Below are positions 53,901 to 64,000 of a stretch of DNA of 64,000 nt, one piece after another (position 1 is the first letter of the stretch; each line of letters opens with the position of its first letter). The translations under genes were made by a program, and so were the position numbers. Source of the DNA: Laetmonice hystrix (lineage: Eukaryota); contig OZ249436.1 in the NCBI GenBank assembly GCA_965235115.1, positions 21,516,001-21,580,000 of the forward strand, in the 5' to 3' direction. The notes beneath the pieces were generated by a model. It made no database searches. It had not been told where the DNA came from and saw nothing but the letters and a program-made list of their open reading frames with translations.

Positions 53901-55990
53901 GACAGTCGGTAAGATGTAGGCACTTCTCACTCTACTGGTTGGCCCCCCACACTGCTTGGCCTCACAGTGTACTGTTTGGCCTCACTGTACTCTTTGGCCT
54001 CACTGTATATAGTGTTCGCTGGGGTGCTAGGCCAGCCAGTACCTTGTAGCGATTCCTCACTGTACCGTTTGTCCCCCCTGTACCGTTTGCTTGTATACAA
54101 CAGTAGCCAGTAATATAGGGACGCCTCATGTTTCATGTTTCCATGCCTTTATTGTCCAGGAGGCAGGCCATACGTTTCGTCTATCATCTACTCCCATCTA
54201 ATCTATGTGCCTAACAGACCATCTGTAAGCGTGCGACAACGTTGTCAGGTCGTCCCAATGACTGTTTGCCGTAAAGGTTTAGTTAACAATGGCAAATGAC
54301 GTTGTACGCCTTTTCTATATCAGATATCCCATCCCCAAGTAAGAAACAAAAAGAAAGAGTACAGAGGTGTTCCAGGCAAGAAACACCAGGGTGCAGCGCA
54401 GCTCTACTGAAGAGGCGGCGGGGGCGGCGACTGCACTGCCATCTTCCGGCTACCGGTGGAATAACCACGTATACCTGGCCGGGCTGGCGGGCACCTGTGG
54501 CTCTTAGGTTAAAGTAATGAGAAGCGAAAAATGGCTACTATTTTGATACGTCAAATTGAAACTACGCCCCCCAAAGTTATGATTCTTAGGCCAGATGTAT
54601 CACTGTCAAACGTATAGGTCTCGTAGGGCCTACGTTCGCTACAGATATATGGTTGTGATGTGTAGGCCTATGCTTCCCATTTGAGTATCTTCTCCAGATT
54701 TTAACATTAGATGCTCCTCGCCAGTACCTTTCATTTCCACTACCTCACTGTAGTGTTTGCATGACTACTAGGACAGTCGGTAAGATGTACGGACTTCTCA
54801 CTCTACTGGTTGGCCCCCCACACTGCTTGGCCTCACAGTGTACTGTTTGGCCTCACTGTACTCTTTGGCCTCACTGTAGTGTTCGCTGGGGTGCTAGGCC
54901 AGCCAGTACCTTGTAGCGATTCCTCACTGTACCGTTTGTCCTCCCTGTACCGTTTGCTTGTATACAACAGTAGCCAGTAATATAGGGACGCCTCATCTTT
55001 CATGTTTCCATGCCTTTATTGTCCAGGAGGCAGGCCATACGTTTCGTCTATCATCTACTCCCATCTAATCTATGTCCCTTACAGACCATCTGTAAGCGTG
55101 CGACAACGTTGTCAGGTCGTCCCAATGACTGTTTGCCGTAAAGGTTTAGTTAACAATGGCAAATGACGTTGTACGCCTTTTCTATATCAGATATCCCATC
55201 CCCAAGTAAGAAACAAAAAGAAAGAGTACAGAGGTGTTGCAGGCAAGGAACACCAGGGTGCAGCGCAGCTCTACTGAAGCGGCGGCGGGGGCGGCGACTG
55301 CACTGCCATCTTCCGGGTACCGATGGAATCACCACGTATACCTGGCCGGGCTGGCGGGCACCTGTGGCTCTTAGGTTAAAGTAATGAGAAGCGAAAAATG
55401 GCTACTATTCTGATACGTCAAATTAAAACTACGCCCCCCCCCCCCAAAGTTATGATTCTTAGGCCAGATGTATCACTGTCAAACGTATAGTTCTCGTACG
55501 TTCGCTACAGATAGGCCTATATGGGGTTGTGATGTGTATGCTTCCCATTTCAGTAGACTTCTATCTTCTCCAGATTTTAACATTAGATGCTCCTCGCCAG
55601 TAGCCTACCTTTCATTTCCACTACCTCACTGTAGTGTTTGCATGACTACTAGGACAGTCGGTAAGATGTAGGGACTTCCCACTCTACTCGTTGCCCCCCG
55701 CCCCCCACACTGCTTGGCCTCACAGTGTACTGTTTGGCCTCACTGTACTCTTTGGCCTCACTGTAGTGTTCGCTGGGGTGCTAGGCCAGCCAGTACCTTG
55801 TAGCGATTCCTCACTGTACCGTTTGTCCTCCCTGTACCGTTTGCTTGTATACAACAGTAGCCAGTAATATAGGGACGCCTCATGTTTCATGTTTCCATGC
55901 CTTTATTGTCCAGGAGGCAGGCCATACGTTTCGTCTATGATCTACTCCCATCTAATCTGTGTCCCCTACAGACTATCTTTAAGCGTGCGA
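35990..55990. repeat. 9,858-bp tandem higher-order duplication (11 units plus a partial unit); boundaries approximate
   Basis: Anchors 36320/46178, 37187/47045, 38918/48776, 41498/51356, 44425/54283 and 45292/55150 are all 9,858 apart. The aberrant junction at 43081 recurs at 52939. Confidence 0.92.
40157..46010. repeat. 2,927-bp out-of-register tandem duplication with a novel junction at 43081-43084 (repeated at 52939-52942)
   Basis: The junction AGCCAGTAAT-GG-TGCTTCCCTTTTGAG joins two non-adjacent unit positions. Anchors 41498/44425 and 42365/45292 differ by 2,927. Confidence 0.9.
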
Positions 55991-58860
55991 CAATGTTGTC
56001 AGGTCGTCCCAATGACTGTTTGCCGTAAAGGTTTAGTTAACAATGGCAAATGACGTTGTACGCCTTTTCTATATCAGATATCCCATCCCCAAGTAAGAAA
56101 CAAACAAAGAAAGAGTACAGAGATGTTGCAGGCAAGAAACACCAGGGTGCAGCGCAGCTCTACTGAAGCGGCGGCAGAGGCGGCGACTGCACTGCCATCT
56201 TCCGCCTACCGGTGGAATCACCACGTATACCTGGCCGGGCTGGCGGGCACCTGTGGCTCTTAGATTAAAGTAATGAGAAGAGAAAAATGGCTACTATTCT
56301 GATACGTCAAATTGAAACTACGCCCCGAAAGTTATGATTCTTAGGCCAGATGTATAACTGTCAAACGTATAGGTCTCGTACGTTCGCTACAGATATATGG
56401 TTGTGATGTGTTTCCCATTTGAGTATCTTCTCCAGATTTTAACATTAGATGCTCCTCGCCAGTACCTTTCATTTCCACTACCTCACTGTTGGCATGACTA
56501 CTAAGACAGTCGGTAAGATGTAGGCACTTCTCACTCTACTGGTTGGCCCCCCACACTGCTTGGCCTCACAGTGTACTGTTTGGCCTCACTGTACTCTTTG
56601 GCCTCACTGTATATAGTGTTCGCTGGGGTGCTAGGCCAGCCAGTACCTTGTAGCGATTCCTCACTGTACCGTTTGTCCCCCCTGTACCGTTTGCTTGTAT
56701 ACAACAGTAGCCAGTAATATAGGGACGCCTCATGTTTCATGTTTCCATGCCTTTATTGTCCAGGAGGCAGGCCATACGTTTCGTCTATCATCTACTCCCA
56801 TCTAATCTATGTGCCTAACAGACCATCTGTAAGCGTGCGACAACGTTGTCAGGTCGTCCCAATGACTGTTTGCCGTAAAGGTTTAGTTAACAATGGCAAA
56901 TGACGTTGTACGCCTTTTCTATATCAGATATCCCATCCCCAAGTAAGAAACAAAAAGAAAGAGTACAGAGGTGTTCCAGGCAAGAAACACCAGGGTGCAG
57001 CGCAGCTCTACTGAAGCGGCGGCGGGGGCGGCGACTGCACTGCCATCTTCCGGCTACCGGTGGAATCACCACGTATACCTGGCCGGGCTGGCGGGCACCT
57101 GTGGCTCTTAGGTTAAAGTAATGAGAAGCGAAAAATGGCTACTATTTTGATACGTCAAATTGAAACTACGCCCCCCAAAGTTATGATTCTTAGGCCAGAT
57201 GTATCACTGTCAAACGTATAGGTCTCGTAGGGCCTACGTTCGCTACAGATATATGGTTGTGATGTGTAGGCCTATGCTTCCCATTTGAGTATCTTCTCCA
57301 GATTTTAACATTAGATGCTCCTCGCCAGTACCTTTCATTTCCACTACCTCACTGTGTTTGCATGACTACTAGGACAGTCGGTAAGATGTACGGACTTCTC
57401 ACTCTACTGGTTGGCCCCCCACACTGCTTGGCCTCACAGTGTACTGTTTGGCCTCACTGTACTCTTTGGCCTCACTGTAGTGTTCGCTGGGGTGCTAGGC
57501 CAGCCAGTACCTTGTAGCGATTCCTCACTGTACTGTTTGTCCTCCCTGTACCGTTTGCTTGTATACAACAGTAGCCAGTAATATAGGGACGCCTCATGTT
57601 TCATGTTTCCATGCCTTTATTGTCCAGGAGGCAGGCCATACGTACGTTTCGTCTATCATCTACTCCCATCTAATCTATGTCCCTTACAGACCATCTGTAA
57701 GCGTGCGACAACGTTGTCAGGTCGTCCCAATGACTGTTTGCCGTAAAGGTTTAGTTAACAATGGCAAATGACGTTGTACGCCTTTTCTATATCAGATATC
57801 CCATCCCCAAGTAAGAAACAAAAAGAAAGAGTACAGAGGTGTTGCAGGCAAGGAACACCAGGGTGCAGCGCAGCTCTACTGAAGCGGCGGCGGGGGCGGC
57901 GACTGCACTGCCATCTTCCGGCTACCGATGGAATCACCACGTATACCTGGCCGGGCTGGCGGGCACCTGTGGCTTTTAGGTTAAAGTAATGAGAAGCGAA
58001 AAATGGCTACTATTCTGATACGTCAAATTAAAACTACGCCCCCCCCCCCCAAAGTTATGATTCTTAGGCCAGATGTATCACTGTCAAACGTATAGTTCTC
58101 GTACGTTCGCTACAGATAGGCCTATATGGTTGTGATGTGTATGCTTCCCATTTGAGTAGACTTCTATCTTCTCCAGATTTTAACATTAGATGCTCCTCGC
58201 CAGTAGCCTACCTTTCATTTCCACTACCTCACTGTAGTGTTTGCATGACTACTAGGACAGTCGGTAAGATGTAGGGACTTCCCACTCTACTCGTTGCCCC
58301 CCGCCCCCCACACTGCTTGGCCTCACAGTGTAGACTACTGTTTGGCCTCACTGTACTCTTTGGCCTCACTGTAGTGTTCGCTGGGGTGCTAGGCCAGCCA
58401 GTACCTTGTAGCGATTCCTCACTGTACCGTTTGTCCTCCCTGTACCGTTTGCTTGTATACAACAGTAGCCAGTAATATAGGGACGCCTCATCTTTCATCT
58501 TTCCATGCCTTTATTGTCCAGGAGGCAGGCCATACGTTTCGTCTATCATCTACTCCCATCTAATCTATGTCCCTACAGACCATCTCTAAGCGTGCGACAA
58601 CGTTGTCAGGTCGTCCCAATGACTGTTTGCCGTAAAGGTTTAATTAACAGTGGCAAATGACGTTGTACGCCTTTTCTTTATCAGAAATCCCATCCCCAAG
58701 TGAACTAGACCCCGTCGGAGTCACAGCCCCCAACTGAGTAGGAACAAATTTTCTGTGGGTCCAGGAACTATGTGTACTTTTGGGTCGCTTGTTACCCCTC
58801 ATGCTTTCTGTCAGCAAGAACGAAATCCAGAAAATGTCAGAGTTATTGCTTCGAATTTCT

Positions 58861-60312
58861 TTATATCCAAGATGGCCACGAAGCAGCCATTTTTAATGAT
58901 ATGTTGACCTGTGTCCTCCCTATAGACTGTCCCTGGTTATTATGTAATGTTTCACGCAAGATTAGATGCTGTTATCTTCAACTGGTTTGGAGGTACAGGC
59001 CATTAAAATATGCATGACCTTTCAAGGTCGCTCAAGGTCATGGAAAATGGCGCCAAATCAAACTTCATATATGACTTCCTATCTGTCAATAATAGTAACT
59101 ATTGCCTTATATTGCACCGTTTTCGAGATATGAGCCAAAACAGTGTTATTGGGGGGGGGGGGGAATATTAATATGGCCGCCATGTCGCCATATTTGCTCT
59201 GATCTGGCAATGTATTGGCACACACATTGCCCCTCATATGCACCTTCTTTCCACCAAATTTTAAAGACATCAGGATCGTTTTGTCTGAGGTATTGCTCCA
59301 AATGTGTTTATATCCAAGATGGCCACCACACGGCCATTTTGACTGATGTCAAAAATATCATTGACCTGCATCTTCAACTGTTTTGAAGATCCAAGCTATT
59401 GAAAAAATGCATGACCTTGATTGACCTTTCAAGGTCGCTCACGGTCATGGAAAATGGCGCCAAATGAAACTTCATAATTATATGACTTCCTAATCTATAA
59501 ATAACACCTGACCTCAAATGACCTTGAAATGTCAACCCAAGGTCAAATATAATGGTGTCAAAAGATTCCTCATACACTGTATATGACTTCCTATTCGCTC
59601 CCCATAGTAACTTTACCCACACCTCGCCCCATTGTCAAGTTATACGCCACTAAAGTCTAATGACATTGCCAACAACACAAACATGGCTGCCGATCGGCCA
59701 TATTGGATTCAGACTGAAAACAAAATGACGTGTATGTTTGCCCCATGAACCCCTATCGTTGTGCCAAGTTTGAATGAAAATGGTATTCTTTTAACAGAGA
59801 TATGCCTGTATATGTCTATTTTGCCAATATGGCTGTCGAGCGGCCATCTTGGATGCACTCTTCAAAATCTTGATCATGGTGAATTGTAATATAAGCCTCT
59901 CTTTGCATAATGCATCGTAGCACTAAAGGACTTGAAGAACACCATTTCTGACATAGTGATCCTTAATAAACACCTGACCTCAAATGACCTTGAAATGTCA
60001 ACCCAAGGTCAAATATAATGGTGTCAAAAGATTCCTCATATATGACTTCCTATTCGCTCCTCATAGTAACTTTACCCACACCTCGCCCCATTGTCAAGTT
60101 ATACGCCACTAAAGTCTAATGACATTGCCAACAACACAAACATGGCTGCCGATCGGCCATATTGGATCCGAACTGAAAACAAAATGACGTGTATGTTTGC
60201 CCCATGAACCCCTATCGTTGTGCCAAGTTTGAATGAAAATGGTATTCTTTTAACAGAAATATCGCTGTAAATGTGTATTTCACCAATATGGCTGCCAGGC
60301 GGCCATCTTGGA
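58861..60312. repeat. Internal duplicated blocks of the Helentron-like element
   Basis: A block beginning CACCTGACCTCAAATGACCTTG occurs at 59505 and 59971 (466 bp apart, near-identical over ~300 bp). A looser pair begins TTATATCCAAGATGGCCAC at 58861 and ~59308. An inverted motif CAAGATGGC...GCCAT(C/T)TT recurs. Confidence 0.9.
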
Positions 60313-60416
60313 TCATATCAAAAAATCCTTTGACGTGCATCATGCCAGGATGGTACCTGATCTTGTGTTCAAATATGAAAATGATTGTTCCGCACGTTTC
60401 TGAGATATCGCTGTTC

Positions 60417-60488
60417 ACGGACGGACGGACGTACGGACGTACGGACGTACGGACGGACGGCCGGACGGACGGACGGACGGACGGACAG
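60417..60488. repeat. (ACGG)n/(ACGT) tetranucleotide microsatellite within the Helentron-like element
   Basis: ACGGACGGACGGACGTACGGACGT... is directly visible. Confidence 0.97.
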
Positions 60489-60534
60489 AGGGTGAATCAT
60501 AAGCCCCCAAAACCCGATGGGTTTGGGGGCTAAA

Positions 60535-61793
60535 AAAAAGATCACAGAGATGTTCCAAGCAAACGCCAGGGTGCTGCTCTGAACCGGCGGCTCTGACTGC
60601 ACTGCCGCCTTCCGGCTATCGGGGGAATCACCACGTATACCTGGCCGAGCTGGCAGGTACCTGGCTCTTAGGCAAGAGACAGGTTAATGCAATGATAAGC
60701 GAAAAATGGCTACATTTTTGATACCTCAAATTGAAACAACCCCCCTAAAATTATGATTCTTAGGCCAGATGTAAAACTGTCAAACGTATCGGTATTGTAC
60801 GTTCGCTACAGATAAATGGTTGTGATATGTATATTTCCCATTCGAGTGTCTTCTCCAAATTTTAGCATTAGATGCTTCTGGCCTGTACCTTTCAATTCCA
60901 CTACCTCACTGTACTGTTTGCATGACTACTAGGACAGTCGGTAAGATGTACGGACTCCTCACTGTACTGGTTGGCCTCCCACACTGCTTAGCCTCACAGT
61001 ATACTGTTTGGCCTCACGTGCTGTACTGTTTGGCCTCACTGTAGTGTTTGCTTGGGTACTAGGCCAGTCAGTACCTTGTAGGGATTCCTTCCTGTACTGT
61101 TTGGCCTCCCTGCACTCTTTGGCCTCACTGTACTCTTTGCTTCTATACAACAGTAGCCAGTAAGGCACTCCTCATGTTTCATGTTTTCATGCCTTTAATG
61201 TCCAGGAAGCAGGCCATACATTTCGTCTATCATCTACTCCCATCTAATCTGAGTCCCCTACAGACCATCTGTAAGCGTCCGACAACGTTGCCAGGTCGTC
61301 CCAATGGCTGTTTGCCGTAAAGGTTTAATTAACAATGGCAAATGACGTTGTACGCCTTTTCTATATCAGATATCCCATCCCCAAGTGAAAAAAAGATCAC
61401 AGAGATGTTGCAAGCAAGCGCCAGGGTGCTGCTCTGAAGCGGCGGCTCTGACTGCACTGCCGCCTTCCGGCTATCGGTGGAATCACCACGTATACCTGGC
61501 CGGGCTTGCGGGCACCTGTGGCTCTTAGGTTAATGCAATGATAAGCGAAAAATGGCTACATTTTTGATACCTCAAATTGAAACTACCCCCCTAAAATTAT
61601 GATTCTTAGGCCAGATGTATAACTGTCAAACGTATCGGTATCGTACGTTCGCTACAGATAAATGGTTGTGATATGTATACTTTCCATATGAGCATCTTCT
61701 CCAAATTTTAACATTAGATGCTCCTGGCCTGTACCTTTCAATTCCACTACCTCACTTTACTGTTTGCTTGGCTACTGGGCCAGCGGCTAAGCT
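60535..61793. repeat. About 1.5 diverged terminal copies of the array unit
   Basis: Collinear with the unit but with many substitutions and indels (e.g. GGCGGCTCTGACTGC, AAAATTATGATTC, CGTATCGGTATCGTAC) that the two edge copies share with each other and not with the array. Homology fades at about 61,780-61,793. Confidence 0.93.
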
Positions 61794-62149
61794 GCTCGAT
61801 ACCTGTATTGAGGTTCTTTGGTCACTGAAAATAGAATGACCGGTTTCGATTGAGGATGGAATCGGGAGCTAGGCACTCATCATCCCAGCCGCTGTGGATT
61901 TGTGCGAGTGTACACGTACGGTGCTTATAACTGGGCACCAAAATACACCAATACGCCACAGCTGAGCTGTACTGCCCATGACAGCCATGTTGGAAAGCCT
62001 CAGCTGTTTTCCATGGAGGTACTGCCGAGTTTTTCTGTGAATCCAAAACTCTGGGACACCTTGTATACTAATAATAGTTGTGGTATACATGTACTCGGAA
62101 AGATCTTGGAGAATAATAGACAGAGACATACATTTTAACATAAAAATGT

Positions 62150-62155
62150 TTTATT
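62150..62155 (-). terminator. Candidate polyadenylation signal (AATAAA) of the annexin gene; a second candidate at 62628-62633
   Basis: AATAAA on the minus strand ~1.57 kb after the stop codon, followed by a GT/T-rich stretch (ATGTATGTCTCTGTCTATTATTCT). Confidence 0.5.
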
Positions 62156-63727
62156 TCATAAATATCCTGCTGAATATAAGCGAATCTTTAGGTAAAAAAA
62201 TCATTGAACTTTCGTTATTAATGATTTGCCTCAAGTAGTGAGAGGACTGGTACTAATAATAATTCTTGAAATGTCTTCTCTGGGTGAATACGGTCTCAGC
62301 ATTTCCGTTTTATCAACCAAACTATATTCATATATAGTACATGTAGTTGGCACTTCAGTCTCTCCATCACAGTTTTCGGCATTTCTATACATGATACCTT
62401 AAATTCCAGTACATGATATGTAAATACTGTGGCATGCATAAGTACCGTATAAGAAATGTCTGACACAAAACCTGTAAAATCATTCTACGTAAAAAGGCAC
62501 TCCATCTATATATTGTTGCGCTTTTTGGGCGCCAGAACCTGCCCTATCACCACCTTGTACAATGCTGGACTTGTAACTGAAACATCAGAAAACTGACATG
62601 AAGATTTGCAAACGACAAGTAACACTTTTTATTTTATGCCCATCATACCTTCCCTGCCACGATTGATTGATCTCCTGTTTTCAACAGATATTCCTGTTGC
62701 ACATGAATTGGAATTTCAAACACAGGAGAATTATAGTAGCCTACATGGATGCATAACATTTTGCACAGGGGTCAGAGAATAAAGCAAATATACAACAAAA
62801 TTAGAATTGATATTTCACTTCGCATTGCTTTGTTGTGCAGTATACATTTACAGTGCATAAACTTGTTTAATTAATGATACCCATGATTCCACGTGCAATA
62901 TATGCAAAATAGCCCTCATGAAAGACAGCTCAATTATTGTAAAGCCCTATCACATCCGCTAATTATTTGCATGCAACAAGATGCACAATGCACGAGCGAG
63001 TCATCATAACAGCCCAAGCCAAGAACGACAGAAGCTGTTTTAAGTTCTTTTCCTTCGTTGTCCTCTAACCACCTTGTACAATGATCGATCCGTCACTTTT
63101 GACATCACAGAAATGTTACATCTGGTAATTCTTCGTATTCAACAAATTGCACCAGCTATGCCGGTAATAAAAATGACCCCAGTGATATAGGCCAGAAGGT
63201 GTTTAACTTTCTTTCCTATTGTTGTACAGCAGTCTGTCCTGTTCTCAGCTAGGCATTGTTACATAGTGTATTACATGGCGATAGGGTCTCAAATAACAGC
63301 AGTGTAGAGATAGTCAGGAAATATAACAAGTATCACAAGTCTTCATACATAACAGGAAGCATACCAGTATAACAAGCTACATTCTCTTGTAAGAGGGTCC
63401 CAGCAGCCAAGAAAATGTAAATGTCACTATTAGTTTTTTAAAAGTTGAATATAATTCCTAAAAATACAAACAAATACCGGTACTGAGTTTCAGATGTAGA
63501 CAACCATACAATTTACCTGCTGACGTGTCAACAGTGTTCCCCTTGAAAGTGAGTTAAGGTGTTCAGTATTTTAACCATACTCATTTTTATGGGTAGGCTT
63601 AACTGGTATACAGAATATACATTGATAACATCTTTGGTTATTCTGGAGGATATCAGCCAAAGCAGATGGTACCATTTACCATAAATTATTACCGTTCCCC
63701 CCCAAGTAAGAGCACTTCTGGACAACT

Positions 63728-63853
63728 CTAGTCCTTGCCAACAATGGCCACCAGGAGTCGCTTGTAGTCGCCACTGGTGTCCTTCTCAATGGCCGTCCAC
63801 AAAGGTTTGCCATACTTCTGGTAGTAGATACCTTTAATGGTAGCTAAATCGAT
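63728..63853 (-). CDS. Annexin family gene, last coding exon (C-terminal part of annexin repeat IV); rest of gene lies beyond the window
   Basis: Translation IDLATIKGIYYQKYGKPLWTAIEKDTSGDYKRLLVAIVGKD* matches the annexin C-terminal pattern (IDL..IK..Y...YGK.L...I..DTSGDY..LL.I.G). It is preceded by a pyrimidine-rich acceptor TTTTCTGTTAATTTTCAG in phase 0. The subfamily cannot be assigned. Confidence 0.95.
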   Translation of the reverse strand: MDLATIKGIYYQKYGKPLWTAIEKDTSGDYKRLLVAIVGKD

Positions 63854-64000
63854 CTGAAAATTAACAGAAAATTTAAATTTTATTTGCTGAAATAACTGGA
63901 GGGGGGTGAACTGACACAGTAGACAGTGGAGGTAGTGGAGGCACAGTGGAGAACACACAAGATATCACTGAGCACTCTCCAAGGTCTCCATCTATCTATA

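Larger units (their letters stand above)
1..58704. repeat. Homogeneous tandem array (macrosatellite-like), ~67 units of ~850-886 bp (1,025 bp when carrying the MITE); open at the left window edge
   Basis: The same unit recurs head-to-tail. An anchor (TTAACAATGGCAAATGACG) falls at 459, 1319, 2173, 3040, 3900 ... 56887, 57755, with spacings 860/854/867/860/875/856 etc. Units differ only by a small set of SNPs and short indels. Confidence 0.99.
58705..60534 (-). mobile_element. Non-autonomous Helentron-type element (HINE / DINE-1-like architecture), ~1.83 kb
   Basis: Interrupts the unit inside an A-run (empty site CCAAGTGAAAAAAAGATCAC at 61381) with no clear TSD, i.e. a TT target on the minus strand. 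Subterminal inverted repeats AGCCCCCAA (58725-58733) / TTGGGGGCT (60523-60531). A second inverted copy (60502-60510) forms a 5' hairpin. (CCGT)n microsatellite near the 5' end, central duplicated blocks, and a 3' stem-loop GACTCCGACGGGGTC followed by TAG, giving a CTAG end. Confidence 0.85.

Noticed and set aside
58772..60602. ORFs inside the Helentron-like element (e.g. GRTDGRTD repeats)
   Set aside because: Short translations of microsatellite and non-coding repeats; no Rep or helicase motifs.
62050..62065. Minus-strand TACAAGGTGTCCCAGA, resembling a Tc1/mariner-type terminus
   Set aside because: No partner inverted repeat found in the window; at most an unassignable remnant.
63854..63958. 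N-terminal part of the 76-aa ORF 63728..63958
   Set aside because: Lies upstream of the splice acceptor and has no annexin similarity; it is intron.

Overview
Eukaryotic (metazoan, probably marine invertebrate; inferred from repeat types and an intron-containing annexin) DNA. Positions 1-58,704 are a head-to-tail tandem array of about 67 near-identical ~850-886 bp units that continues beyond the left edge of the window. The units are organised into nested higher-order duplications (3,440, 2,927 and 9,858 bp, plus recurrences at ~7.9-11.4 kb). The array records transposon traffic at single-base resolution: a 166-bp hAT-like MITE with a 5-bp TSD in 3 units, its apparent hairpin-type excision footprint at the same site in 9 other units, and many short TA...TA insertions. 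The homogeneous array stops at a ~1.83-kb Helentron/DINE-1-like non-autonomous element (58,705-60,534). Beyond it lie ~1.5 clearly diverged copies of the unit (to ~61,790), then the probable 3' UTR and last coding exon of an annexin gene on the minus strand. The unit has no credible ORF and matches no rRNA, tRNA or snRNA I can recognise. By hand-folding it carries three pre-miRNA-sized plus-strand hairpins, and for two of them most variation falls in loops, mismatches or G:U-compatible positions. It may therefore be a massively amplified small-RNA cluster rather than inert satellite; this is a hypothesis, not an identification.
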